Assembly: GCF_000281045.1 (NCBI RefSeq)
Contig: NW_008246092.1
Coordinates: 30,389-64,267 of the forward strand
DNA from: Saprolegnia diclina VS20
Taxonomy: Eukaryota
Direction: 5' to 3'
Length of the DNA stretch: 33,879 bases
Each line of letters opens with the position of its first letter. Position 1 is the first letter of the stretch. Both the position numbers and the translations under genes were made by a program. Under the pieces are notes generated by a model, which was given only the letters and a program-made list of their open reading frames with translations, was not told the origin of the DNA and did no database searches. This document shows positions 21,195 to 31,383 of the stretch, one piece after another.

Positions 21195-23737
21195 ATGGCC
21201 AACCCGTGCAAGATCTCGCCCATGACCGACGACCCGACGGCCGAGGTTGGCGCGTTGCAGATCCCATGCGTCTCATAATGCGGTTGCCAGATCCGGCGAA
21301 AGAAGCGCACGGACGATGCGCTGCGCAAGAAGAAGGACGAGCGCAAGCATGCAGCGCGCCGACGCAAGCACGAGAAGCAGCAGGCGGCAGCGACCAAGAT
21401 CCAATCGCTCGTGCGAGGCGCCCAGACCCGCGTGTACATCTCGTCGAGCATTGCGCCCGCGCCGCCCGAGCCGTCTGTCGAAGACAAGCCAGGTTCTTCG
21501 TCCTCGCTACATCTGTGTGCAGCTGACGCAGAATGCATAGCGACACCCGCCGTCGACGTGCCTCGGCTCGTATTGAGGTAGTTGCATGTAGCACCGAGAC
21601 GTATGGTCGGCGACGCCAACTACATAGCGCACTTTGCCACAGCGCAGACGACCTCCACCGGAGTCAGCCGCGCAGTGCGAGGAAGCTGCCAACGTCTGCA
21701 AGTGCCAAGGACCTCTCTTTCGATCGAACACTGGCCAGCAGTCGAGACAAGGCGCCGAGTGCAAGCCGGCCTCCGTCCGCGCGGGCGATAACTCCTAAAA
21801 GCAGCAGCCGCCCTTCGAGTGCGACCAATCTATTAAGCCGACCACCCAGCGCGCTCACTCTCGCCAGTGGCAGCCGTCCACCAAGTGCACGCGACGCAAC
21901 ACCGCCCGCGTACGCATTTGAGACGAGTTTGTCCTTTGATGGTCGTCAGTAGACAGAAGGAGGCGACCGACGGGGACGCGAGGTATGGCGAAGCACGCAC
22001 ATGGCAGCGACGGGACTTTGTCGTTTCGTAGTTCACCCCCGAGCTCTGCTTTGGCCACACCACGCAGCGACGCTGTGAGCCCCAAGCTTGGTACGGCTGC
22101 ACCTTGGATCGTATTGAGCCATCGGGTAGAGTCGGCGGCCACGCGAGTACAAGCCTACTTTCGAGGCTACTCGGTGCGGAAAAACCAAGTCGGAATTGCC
22201 CCGCCTTCTGACGACGACGACGACGACGATGAAGCGCCGCCTGCAGAATTCATTCCCGACACGGAGCGACCGAGCGATGCCAAGGCAGCAGAAGAGGACC
22301 CGCCGACTCCATGGCCGAGTCCGTTGACCCTTGAGTCGTCTCTCGGTGCGACGCAGCACGTCTCGATCGCACAGATGTCAGCGAGTTTTTGTGGTAGACG
22401 TCTCGCAGGACACGACAGAGTCGGTGCTCGCGGCGGGTAGCGTCCGCGTCCTCGTGCTGACGTGGAATCTTCAGGCGCACAAGCCTCCACCGGACCTGTC
22501 GCCACTTTTGCGCCCCGGGACGTGTCACATATACGCGATCGGCACGGAAGAGTGTGTTCAGACGTACGTCTTCTAAGGCGCGTTGCCGGTGGCTCATGTT
22601 TTGACGTAGAATCGCCAAGTCGGTGCTCTTCCAGTCCAAAAAGGAGTGGGAAGACAAAATCCGCGCGACGCTTGGGCCAACAGATTACATCAAATTGCGC
22701 AGCCACGCGCTCACGGCGATGCACAACATGGTATTTGTACACAAAAGTGTCCTTTCGCTGGTCACGAGCCTCGAGTCGGACGCGATCGCGACCGGGATCG
22801 GGAACCAGCTCGGCAACAAAGGTACGCTACTGGTCGATGCTATCGTGATAAATGGGATTCTGTAGGCGGCGTCGGCATCGGCTTTCAACTCGGCCTCACG
22901 CGCTTCGCCTTCATCAACGCGCACTTTGAGGCGCACCAGTCACAACACGCTCTGAAGCGGCGCAACGCCAACTTTGCAAAAATCAACGCCGAGCTCCGGC
23001 TGCTCCCTGTTGCGTACTATGAGACATCCCGCGTTGATCGTCACCAACGACAATCATGTTGATAGAAAGTGCGACGACCGAGTCGGACCGATCTCGGATG
23101 TCTTTGACCGCGTCTTTTGGAGCGGCGACCTCAACTACCGCATCGACGGGACACGGCGCATGATCGAAACCCTCCTTGCGCGTGACATGCACAACGTGAT
23201 CACTTTGAATTCTCGTTATGTTCCGAGTTCTAACACAAGGGCTAGGTGTTACTCGCGAACGACCAGCTCACAAAGGAGCGCGACGCCCAGCGCGTGTTTC
23301 AGGTTTGTAGCGGTTGAGGAACATGTGGGTGGGTGCCCATAGGAGTGATCTAGCGCTTCCACGAAGGCCCGCTGCATTTTCGCCCGACGTACAAGTTTGA
23401 CAAGGGTGCGATATTTCTGATTTGTGGGCGATACCAAGAAGGAAGACGTAGGCTCCGACGCGTACGATACGTCGGCCAAGCAACGAATACCGTCGTGGAC
23501 CGATCGCATACTTTACGCCACGCTCCAGCCGGTACCGAATGTGTTTATTCAGGGTTGAAAAAAATGTGCTAGAATACGATCCAACTACGGTCGTATGAGA
23601 GCCACACGGAGATTCGAACGTCCGACCACCGCCCCGTCTCGGCTGTCTTTGACGTCGCGTTCGCTGGCCACGAACCGCAGTTGCATGCAGCGGCCAAATC
23701 CAACCAAACCAAGAGCGAAGTGTGCAGTGTGCAGTAG
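21195..23737 (+). CDS. Inositol polyphosphate 5-phosphatase (INPP5E-like) with IQ motifs and C-terminal CaaX; multi-exon
   Basis: Catalytic motifs across exons: VLTWNLQ, IGTEEC, GNKGGVG, FINAHFEAH, FWSGDLNYRI, PTYKFD, RIPSWTDRILY, SDHRPV. IQ motifs ATKIQSLVRGAQTR and ATRVQAYFRGYSVR. Ends EVCSVQ*. The start codon is inferred. Confidence 0.88.
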
Positions 23738-23751
23738 ACAACAACAAGGTG

Positions 23752-24534
23752 TCACAACTCGCGTATTGGGTATATCTGGACGAGCGCGCGCTCGAGCGCG
23801 TGGACTTGGGCTTGCAGCGCGGACACCTTTTCGCGTGCCAAGTGGAGCTCGTTGGTTGTTGCATCGAGCCGCACCATGAGTCCCCTCTGGTCCTATACAC
23901 ATCAAGAGTGAACCAAATGCAGGATAAAGAGGGTCGTACTGAGAGCAGTCGCTTGTGCGCGACGTCATTCGACCGTTTTAGCAGCAGGAATTGCGTGGCT
24001 TGCTTGTCCGCCTCCATCGTTGCTTTGGTCCAAAGGGCCCCGAGACGGTGCACCTCGGCTTTGTACTGCGCGACCTGCGCTACTTGATGACGACTTCCTG
24101 TGTGAGATCGAGAACGCATATCGTGCCTGAGCCTGCAAGAGTGCAATCTGTGCGTTGGGCGGGCGCGGTGGAGACGCACGTCTTCTAGTTGCTCATGACA
24201 CCCCTCTATCGATACCAAAGCAAATCTCACGGGGTGGGTATTTGGACACGGGTTTTGTTGGGCTGTAGGTCCTCCGAGCGCACCGCGAGTCGCTCAATGA
24301 GCGAGAGATTCGTCGCGCCCAGAGTTTCGATGGTTGCGTGCATGGCGTGCATCTCTCCCTCGAGCGTTTGCTGCACCTTGTGGAGCTGCGCCAGCTGCGA
24401 CTCCGAGTGCGCTTTCAACGCCTCATAGTCAGCCAAAGCTTGGTCGGCTTCGTGCTTGTGGTATACGCACATGGGGCACTAGAGAGAAGGTAAGACGAGC
24501 ACACGAGCGCTTGGTGTACATTGGGTGGCGCCAT
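23752..24534 (-). CDS. Coiled-coil protein of unknown function, multi-exon
   Basis: Spliced segments MAPPNVHQAL/CPMCVYHKHEADQALADYEALKAHSESQLAQLHKVQQTLE... and ...ELHLAREKVSALQAQVHALERALVQIYPIREL* show heptad character, separated by short GT-AG introns. Confidence 0.62.
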
Positions 24535-24591
24535 AAATCGCATTTTGCTATCGTTCCAAGACAGAAAGGGAAACGCCCACGTTGAAGAGCC

Positions 24592-25382
24592 ATGTCGACG
24601 AACCAAGAGGACGACCCGTCGCGCGAGCTTACCAAGGCCGAGGTTGATCTGCAAACAGCAAAAGGTGCGTCGTCATAACGAGATAGTGATAGATTCTCCG
24701 CTTGTGCCGGCACAATCGCATCTTGGTGTCGGCCGCGCGGCAAAAGAAGCTGCAAGCCGACCTCTCGGGCGCTGCACTCACGGCCGCCGAGAAGGCGCGT
24801 CAGAACCACATTGACTTTGTCTCGGACCTCACAGGCCCTGGCGTTGTAGTCGAGGTCCTCACCGAGGTACTTCACGCGTTGATTACCGTGGTTGTTCTCG
24901 GCTCTATTGTGTCGGGTGTGTAGACGACCCGGGGCTGGACAACGCGCGTTGGCTTCGAGGTGCTTGTGGTGCTTCGAGTGGAAGGAATCCAAATGTGTAC
25001 GTAGAAGCACTGGGTCTATATGGACGTGACGTACTCGACCTTGGCGTGGCGGCTCGCGACGTGGCTCTGGGGTACACCCCCGGCGCGGCCAATGGAAAAT
25101 GCCTTTGAGCTCGACCCGCGACACATGCATCTCACGCGCGTCATCACGTTGCTCCCAAAGATGCTTGCAAATAGTGACGAAGAGGCGTCTCCGTGTCTTC
25201 TAATCGAAGACGACGCACATGTCAAGCTCACGCTCCTCTGCACGTCCAAAGAAGAGCAGGCGCGCGTGCTTGATAGCTTGATGAAGCTCGTGCAGCACGC
25301 CAAGAACCGCGCCGAGATCAACAATATACAGAGCGACGACGATGGAAACAACCCCGACGACAACAAGCCCAAAAGAGAATAA
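24592..25382 (+). CDS. Hypothetical protein, multi-exon
   Basis: MSTNQEDDPSRELTKAEVDLQTAK followed by a GTGCGT donor; later exons ...QNHIDFVSDLTGPGVVVEVLTE and KHWVYMDVTYS...VKLTLLC...LMKLV. Coding-like codon use. The last exon has a weak PH-like pattern. Confidence 0.6.
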
Positions 25383-25558
25383 CAGTTAAGTACTCGACGA
25401 CGAGACGACCAGACCATATCTCACAGGTGGTCGAGTGTGACAGCGACGGCTCATGAAGTGGTCCCAGGACGGGACTGCTCAGGAGTTTGAGGCCAGGGCA
25501 TCAATCATCCATTAGCTTTAACACTCAAGTAGCCACTTTATAGCGCTTATTGTCGACG

Positions 25559-25630
25559 TCGTTGCGCACACTGTTCAACATGCTCAGTACACGACTGGTG
25601 CTTGAGCATGTTGAACAGTTTGCACAACGA
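25559..25630. repeat. Inverted repeat / hairpin (28-bp arms, 2 mismatches, 16-nt loop)
   Basis: TCGTTGCGCACACTGTTCAACATGCTCA (25559-25586) pairs with TGAGCATGTTGAACAGTTTGCACAACGA (25603-25630). Confidence 0.9.
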
Positions 25631-25681
25631 AAACTAGTATCCGGACAGTGGAAGCTTTGAATATCCGGACAGGCTGGAATC

Positions 25682-25781
25682 NNNNNNNNNNNNNNNNNNN
25701 NNNNNNNNNNNNNNNNNNNNNNNNNNNNNNNNNNNNNNNNNNNNNNNNNNNNNNNNNNNNNNNNNNNNNNNNNNNNNNNNN
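25682..25781. other. Assembly gap (100 N)
   Basis: A run of exactly 100 N, the usual placeholder for a gap of unknown size. Confidence 0.99.
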
Positions 25782-26312
25782 AAGTCCTGCGTGATGTAGC
25801 TCGACGACGAGAGCTCGGTGCACGAACAGTGCGAAGCCTCCATGGCCGCGACGTGAAGCAGGTCGCTCGAGAGGCACGGCGTCGAGCACATGACTACCTC
25901 CATGTCTGACTGCAGCACGGGGCCAAAGCCGCCGGCGAGGCGTGTGCGCAAGTAATTGATGCTGGCGCCGCAAAGCGACGCGTTGACGGTCAAGTCGCGG
26001 CCTACACATATGGCTGGGTCCATCGTCATTCACACGTCGCGTCCATATACCAAAGCTGGTGAGGTACGCCTCAAAAAGCGAGAGGTCGCAGAGTGTTGTG
26101 GCGTTGCTACTCGACGAGGACCCGTCGAGGCGTCGCCAGTGCGACGTGTTGGCCTGTGCCAGTGCAACGTCGCTGACGACGCCGTTAGCGAGCACCTCAA
26201 CCTTGGTTGACGCATGGATATGTGCTGCAACTACGATTAGTAGTAGTAGCTGCAGTGGTGAACAGCATCCCACGCCGCTGTGAGGAGACGCTGAGAGCCG
26301 CGGTCTACCCAT
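25782..26312 (-). CDS. Secreted or membrane Cys-rich protein, 3' end lost in the gap
   Basis: Hydrophobic LQLLLLIVVAAHIHA, RRLDGSSSSSNATTLCD, then after a probable intron ICVGRDL...CSTPC...HCSCTELS, running into the Ns. The start codon is uncertain. Confidence 0.6.
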
Positions 26313-26430
26313 ATGCGTCGATCGGTTTCGAACGGCAAAAGCTGCAGTTGCGATCGAATGGGCGCGTGTCTGATTGGCCAATCGTATCCGGACAATCAAC
26401 GGCGCATCATCGAGTGACCAGTCAAGCACG

Positions 26431-28712
26431 ATGGCCCCAAAGGAGTGTCGCCACGTCGCGGCGGCGCTGAGCCTCTCGCACGTGCGCAAGCGGCTCAAGC
26501 TTGGCGGCCTCCACTGCTGCACAGTACGCCATTTCGCTGCGTGAAGCGGTCACCTAACATGCGAGCATAGCAATGCGACGGCGGGTCGACGAAGCCCAAG
26601 AAGAAACACGCCAAGCACGTCAAGCTAGCCAGCTCGCTCGACGACGTCAAGCGGAATGCTCTCTGCATCACGTGTGGTTTCGTTGGCTGCTTGGCTGAAA
26701 AGCACGACCATTGCATGGATCACATTCGGTCTATCAGCGCGTTGATCCGACACGTGCTAATGAAATGTCGACTGTTGTAGGGACAATGCCAAGCACTGCT
26801 GCTTCTTTCGCATGGGCACGCAAGACGTTTGGTATCTATTTGACGTGCTTCTTCGAGGCTGAGATGACTGTAGGTGTACCAAGTGCGACGCAGTCGTTGA
26901 TGGGGTCAGTGACAAGGTCACCACCGCACTCGCGGACGTGCGCAAGTCGTACGACGAGCTCATCGTGGCCAAAGCCAACCGCATGCATTTGTATGCGACA
27001 GTTGAAGCCTCGACACCCGTCCCCAGCGCGGCGCCGACGCTAGAGACACCGCCTAGCGACGACAAGCCTAAGAATAAGAGCAAAGCCAAAGCGAGCAAAA
27101 AGACCAAAACCGAAGCCGTCGACACCCCATCGTCATCATCATCGGCGTCCAAGGACCCTCTCGTCGTCGCGGGTACGTTCCACGAACTTGACGTCGCGCG
27201 GTGTTGTCTCAATACGTCGTGAATGCAGGTCTTGCCAACCTTGGCAACACGTGCTACTTTAACTCAACGATCCAGTCGCTGCGAAGCATCTTTACGTCGT
27301 CAAAGCTGCACGAAGACGTTGTTGCCCATGCTCGGAGCCTTCCCAAAGCACCCGTCACCCGAGCTTTCTTGTACACGCCATTTTCTTGCTTTCATTCTCA
27401 CACTTTTCTCTTGCCAGAGATTTTGTCGACGGCGCAACTGTGTCGTCCAAAAAGAACACGTTCACGCCGAGCGCACTCCTCTCGGCAGTGCGGGAGACGA
27501 GCCGCCAGTTCCGCGGCCGCGCTCAGCAAGATGCCTACGAGCTCTACTTGGCGCTGGTATGGGCCATCGACGATGAATTTACGGCGCCATCGAAGACAGC
27601 ATCGTCGTCGCCAACCGAGAGCGGGCTCCAGCAAATTTTTGTCAAGACTGAGGACGCCAAGGATGGCACGTTGAGTCTCCTCGCGCCCGCCAATGCGACG
27701 ATGGACGAGATCCAGGCGCTCGTTGCCAAGAAGCTCAAACTCAGCAGCGACGAGGTTGTGCTCGCAGGTGGCCGCCAGCCCGAAGCAGACATCGACGTCG
27801 TTGGTCCCCCAAGCTTTGTGCGCACCGCCCTACTCGGGGCCCTTGTCAAGTACGTATGACGTGTTTGAAGGACTCGACTCTAATGCGTCGTTGTCCACTA
27901 GCTCGGTTACGTGCCATACGTGCCAACATGTCTCCACGTCGTACGACGATGCGATTAGCCTCAGCCTTGCGATCCCCGTACGCGCCTCGGCTCCGACTCG
28001 CAACATTGATGTCTGTCGACCATGTAGAAGCCTGCGAGCGCCGACGACGACGTGACGCTTCTCGACTGCCTCAGCGCGTTCACGGCGGTCAATACGCTCG
28101 TGGCCGATCCCGCCACGTCGTCTGGGTACCGCTGCGAGCCGTGCAACAAGGCTACCGACGCTGCCTCGTTCCAAGACGCGAGTCTCCAAATGCAGCTCTT
28201 TGGCTTGCCCTTCGTGCTTCCCTTGCATCTGAAGGTACGATATCAACTTGGAAAGAAGTCGAGAACGCATCTGGTTAGCGTCTCGGAAAGCTGCGCAAGA
28301 ATAGCAGCCACGTTGCGTTCGAGACGACACTGGACGTCGCGCCCTTTGTGCTCCTGCGTGCGATTATGTCCCCCAATGAGCGGCGTGGCAGCTCAATCGA
28401 TCCTTGTGTGTAGCTGCGTACGGACCGCACATGAAGACGGTGTACCATCTGCAAGCGGTGATCGTGCACATGGGCAACCGGTATGGCGGCCACTACGTCG
28501 CGTACGTCCGGTATCCCGACGCGTGGTACTACACGTCCGACTCGCTCGTCCAGCGCGTCTCTGAAGCCACGGTGCTCGGTGCCGAAGCCTACATGCTCTT
28601 CTACACGCGCGACGGGTGCGTGTGTCGACTCTTTGGTTTCAACAACTCTTATGTATCAATGTATCGCAGGGAGCTTGGCACCGCACCGCCGCCTGAAACC
28701 AGCCGTCTGTAA
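26431..28712 (+). CDS. Ubiquitin-specific protease (C19) with N-terminal zf-UBP, USP16/45-like; multi-exon
   Basis: zf-UBP: ECRHV...CCT...LCITCGFVGC...H. Cys box GLANLGNTCYFNSTIQSL; QQDAYE; His box VIVHMGNRYGGHYVAYV; WYYTSDSLV; AYMLFY. Confidence 0.9.
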
Positions 28713-28784
28713 ACGGAAGCGACCTCGTGCGCGCTCGAATTCCATTCTACTTAGCTGGTCTGTGTGGTTGGTGGTCCATCGGCA

Positions 28785-30425
28785 CTAGATTCTGAGATGG
28801 ACGCGCGTTTGGTCTGTGACAGGTTCTTTAGCCTTGGTGGATGCACGCACAAGGCCGTACGACTCGTCAACACAAACACGCGTCTGGTGGTGGACGCTGT
28901 AGCGCGCGCCGTGCGCAAAGTAGATGCCCGCACCGACAAGCATCCAAAGACATCCGAGAACGATCGTTTCTCTCGTCATCTGCGCGAGGAGGAACCAGTT
29001 GAGCGTCGTTGCGAGTGCGGGGAGCCACGGTAACCATGGAGCACGGTAAATGGACGTGTCTTTACGCGGCTCGGGGTGGACAAGGCGCGCCGTCGCTACG
29101 ATTGCACCCGCCAAGAGCAGCACCGCCACCACAAGACATACAGCATTGTCCTGGCCGAGGCCATATTGGAATGCAAACATCCCGAGGCCCGAACAGCCCA
29201 AAAGCGCCCACACGGTCCTTGCCACATCGACGTGACGCGCGTCGTCGACACGCAAGAGCAGGACAGATGCGTTGGCAAGGTTGAACGCGATCAGAATGGC
29301 AAAGCTGATGATCTCCCAGAGGTGCTCAAACGGCACGCAAAACGCGAGAAGTGTGCAGACGCCGCCAGTGAGTAGCGTGCCATCACGAAGCCGCCCGTCG
29401 CCGTCGACGCGCGCAAAGATGGGCGGCAGAAGGCCATCGGTGGCCATTGCGTACGTCACGCGCGGCTGCGCGAGAAAACTCACAAAGACGACGACCGGCA
29501 TCGTGAGTAGTTCGCCGACGCGAACGATGTGCGCTGTCGTCACCATCCCGTGGGCTTCGAACGCCGACGCAAAGTCGACGACGTTTGCACACGGCTGCAT
29601 CCCGGCGAGCGCCAGCGACGCCATGGCACTTAGCACCATCGTTCCGAGTATCGTACCGAGAACGGCTCTTGGCACGGCCGTTCGTGGGTCCGAAGCCTCG
29701 GCGGCGAGGCAGCACACCTCGTCAAAACCAATGTAGCCAAAGAACGCCTGGGTTACGCCGACGACGAGACCTTGTGGCCCGTACGATTGGCTGCTGGCAT
29801 TGCGTGGCGGCAAGAACGGCGTCACGTTGGAGATTGTAAAGACGGACAAGCTTGCGCAGATGATGAAGAGGACGAGGAGCACCTTGGCCGTCGTCATGAC
29901 ATTCACAAAGCGCGTGCCGACGGGGACACCGAGGAGCACAATGATGACGGACGCGCTCTCCACGAGCACGGACGCAATGCTGTAGTAGTCTTCGTTGAGC
30001 CAAGTAAACGTGCGGGGTGCAAACGTCGTTTCGCAGTAGGCTTGGACCTTGGTGCCCCAGCTGCGCGCGACGCCGGCGCCCGAAATGCCGTACTCCAAGC
30101 AAAGAAGCCACCCAGCGACGGCCGCGGGAAGCTCACCAAGCGCGTGATACGCGTACGCGTAGGTGCTACCAGAGCTTGGTACGAGACAGCTTAGCTCCAT
30201 GTACGCAACGCCGTTGAGAAGGCACACGAGGCCACCGATGACCCAGCTGATAACCGCGGCGGGCCCGGCCGAGTGCGCAATGATGAGCCCCGTCGTCGCA
30301 AATACACCCGAGCCCACGGTGCCACCGATGCCAATGGCAATCAAGTCGACTAGACGCAGTTGGCGAGTGAGCTTGGCGCTTGCCTCGTCGGCGACGATGG
30401 CGGCCATGGTCTTGCGCGTCCACAT
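28785..30425 (-). CDS. Cationic amino acid transporter (APC superfamily)
   Basis: LIAIGIGGTVGSGVF, AGPAAVISW, GSTYAYAY, FFGYIGFD, QPRVTYAMATDGLLP and C-terminal YRAPWLPWLP; many TM segments. Start at MWTRKT (30425). Confidence 0.95.
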   Translation of the reverse strand: MWTRKTMAAIVADEASAKLTRQLRLVDLIAIGIGGTVGSGVFATTGLIIAHSAGPAAVISWVIGGLVCLLNGVAYMELSCLVPSSGSTYAYAYHALGELPAAVAGWLLCLEYGISGAGVARSWGTKVQAYCETTFAPRTFTWLNEDYYSIASVLVESASVIIVLLGVPVGTRFVNVMTTAKVLLVLFIICASLSVFTISNVTPFLPPRNASSQSYGPQGLVVGVTQAFFGYIGFDEVCCLAAEASDPRTAVPRAVLGTILGTMVLSAMASLALAGMQPCANVVDFASAFEAHGMVTTAHIVRVGELLTMPVVVFVSFLAQPRVTYAMATDGLLPPIFARVDGDGRLRDGTLLTGGVCTLLAFCVPFEHLWEIISFAILIAFNLANASVLLLRVDDARHVDVARTVWALLGCSGLGMFAFQYGLGQDNAVCLVVAVLLLAGAIVATARLVHPEPRKDTSIYRAPWLPWLPALATTLNWFLLAQMTRETIVLGCLWMLVGAGIYFAHGARYSVHHQTRVCVDESYGLVRASTKAKEPVTDQTRVHLRI

Positions 30426-30910
30426 GCCCGACTGAAATGCAGGTTGCTGATTGGCCCAGCTGATTGGGCCAAATGCGGAAGAAAGGTCAACGTTGAAGTT
30501 GGCGATCTTCCAGCAACCCAAATCTAAGGAATGCTCAGCAACACTACCAAACGGGCGGCTGCTTAGTCACAAAAAGTTGAAGCTCGCACGGGCCTGTCCA
30601 GCATGCCACCATGGTCGGAGCTCATGGTCGGTAGCCAATGACAGTGGGAGAAAGTCTGACGTTCCTCGTTTTCGGGTACTCCGCCCGAGAATGAAGAAGC
30701 CTGTGCCCGGGCAAGAGCCATCGCAGCGAAATGCGTGTTGGTGGTTTTATGCACGAGCTCAAGAACGCAAGCTCGCCGATGCATTGAGCAGACTCTTGCA
30801 CATTCTCCGTTGCAAGTTGATGCAGAGGGCCAGGGCCGTTGGGCCGTTCCACAGGTTCTTTCGAAGGTTTTCGGGCAACGGCCATTAGCGAGCTCCTGAC
30901 TTTACGAAAG

Positions 30911-31216
30911 ATGATGCTTGTACGCTACGACGATGTGGACGACTACGAGTACGAGCTGGGGCGCCACGCCATGCACAACGACGACGCCGACGACGAACTG
31001 AGTCTGGGTTTGCTGCCGTCAGCCGCGCCCAAGCCACGCGGGCTACTCCGGAAGCGGTCATTTTTGGCCGTGTGCGGTGCGACGCTCATGTGTCTCATGC
31101 TCATGCCCCTTGCGCTGTACCTCCAGCCAACGGCCATCGTCAATGCAGCGCCAGCACTGCTGTATGCCACTGCCGACACCTTCAATGCCACCGCTACCCC
31201 GACGCCTCGTCCGTGA
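30911..31216 (+). CDS. Small single-TM protein of unknown function
   Basis: Acidic N-terminus, basic RKR, then hydrophobic FLAVCGATLMCLMLMPLALYL; type II membrane topology is plausible. Confidence 0.55.
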   Translation: MMLVRYDDVDDYEYELGRHAMHNDDADDELSLGLLPSAAPKPRGLLRKRSFLAVCGATLMCLMLMPLALYLQPTAIVNAAPALLYATADTFNATATPTPRP

Positions 31217-31383
31217 AGCTTCTCAATGGGACGACAAAAACAAAGAACTGACTCCGCACGTCATGTGTTAATAGTTTTTTCGCTTCTTTGTGCTGGGGCG
31301 GCGGGTCGGATATCGATCGACCATCGTGGTCGTTCAATGGAGGCAACGGAGAAATACATAAGAGTTGACAAGGAGTCGCTGGC

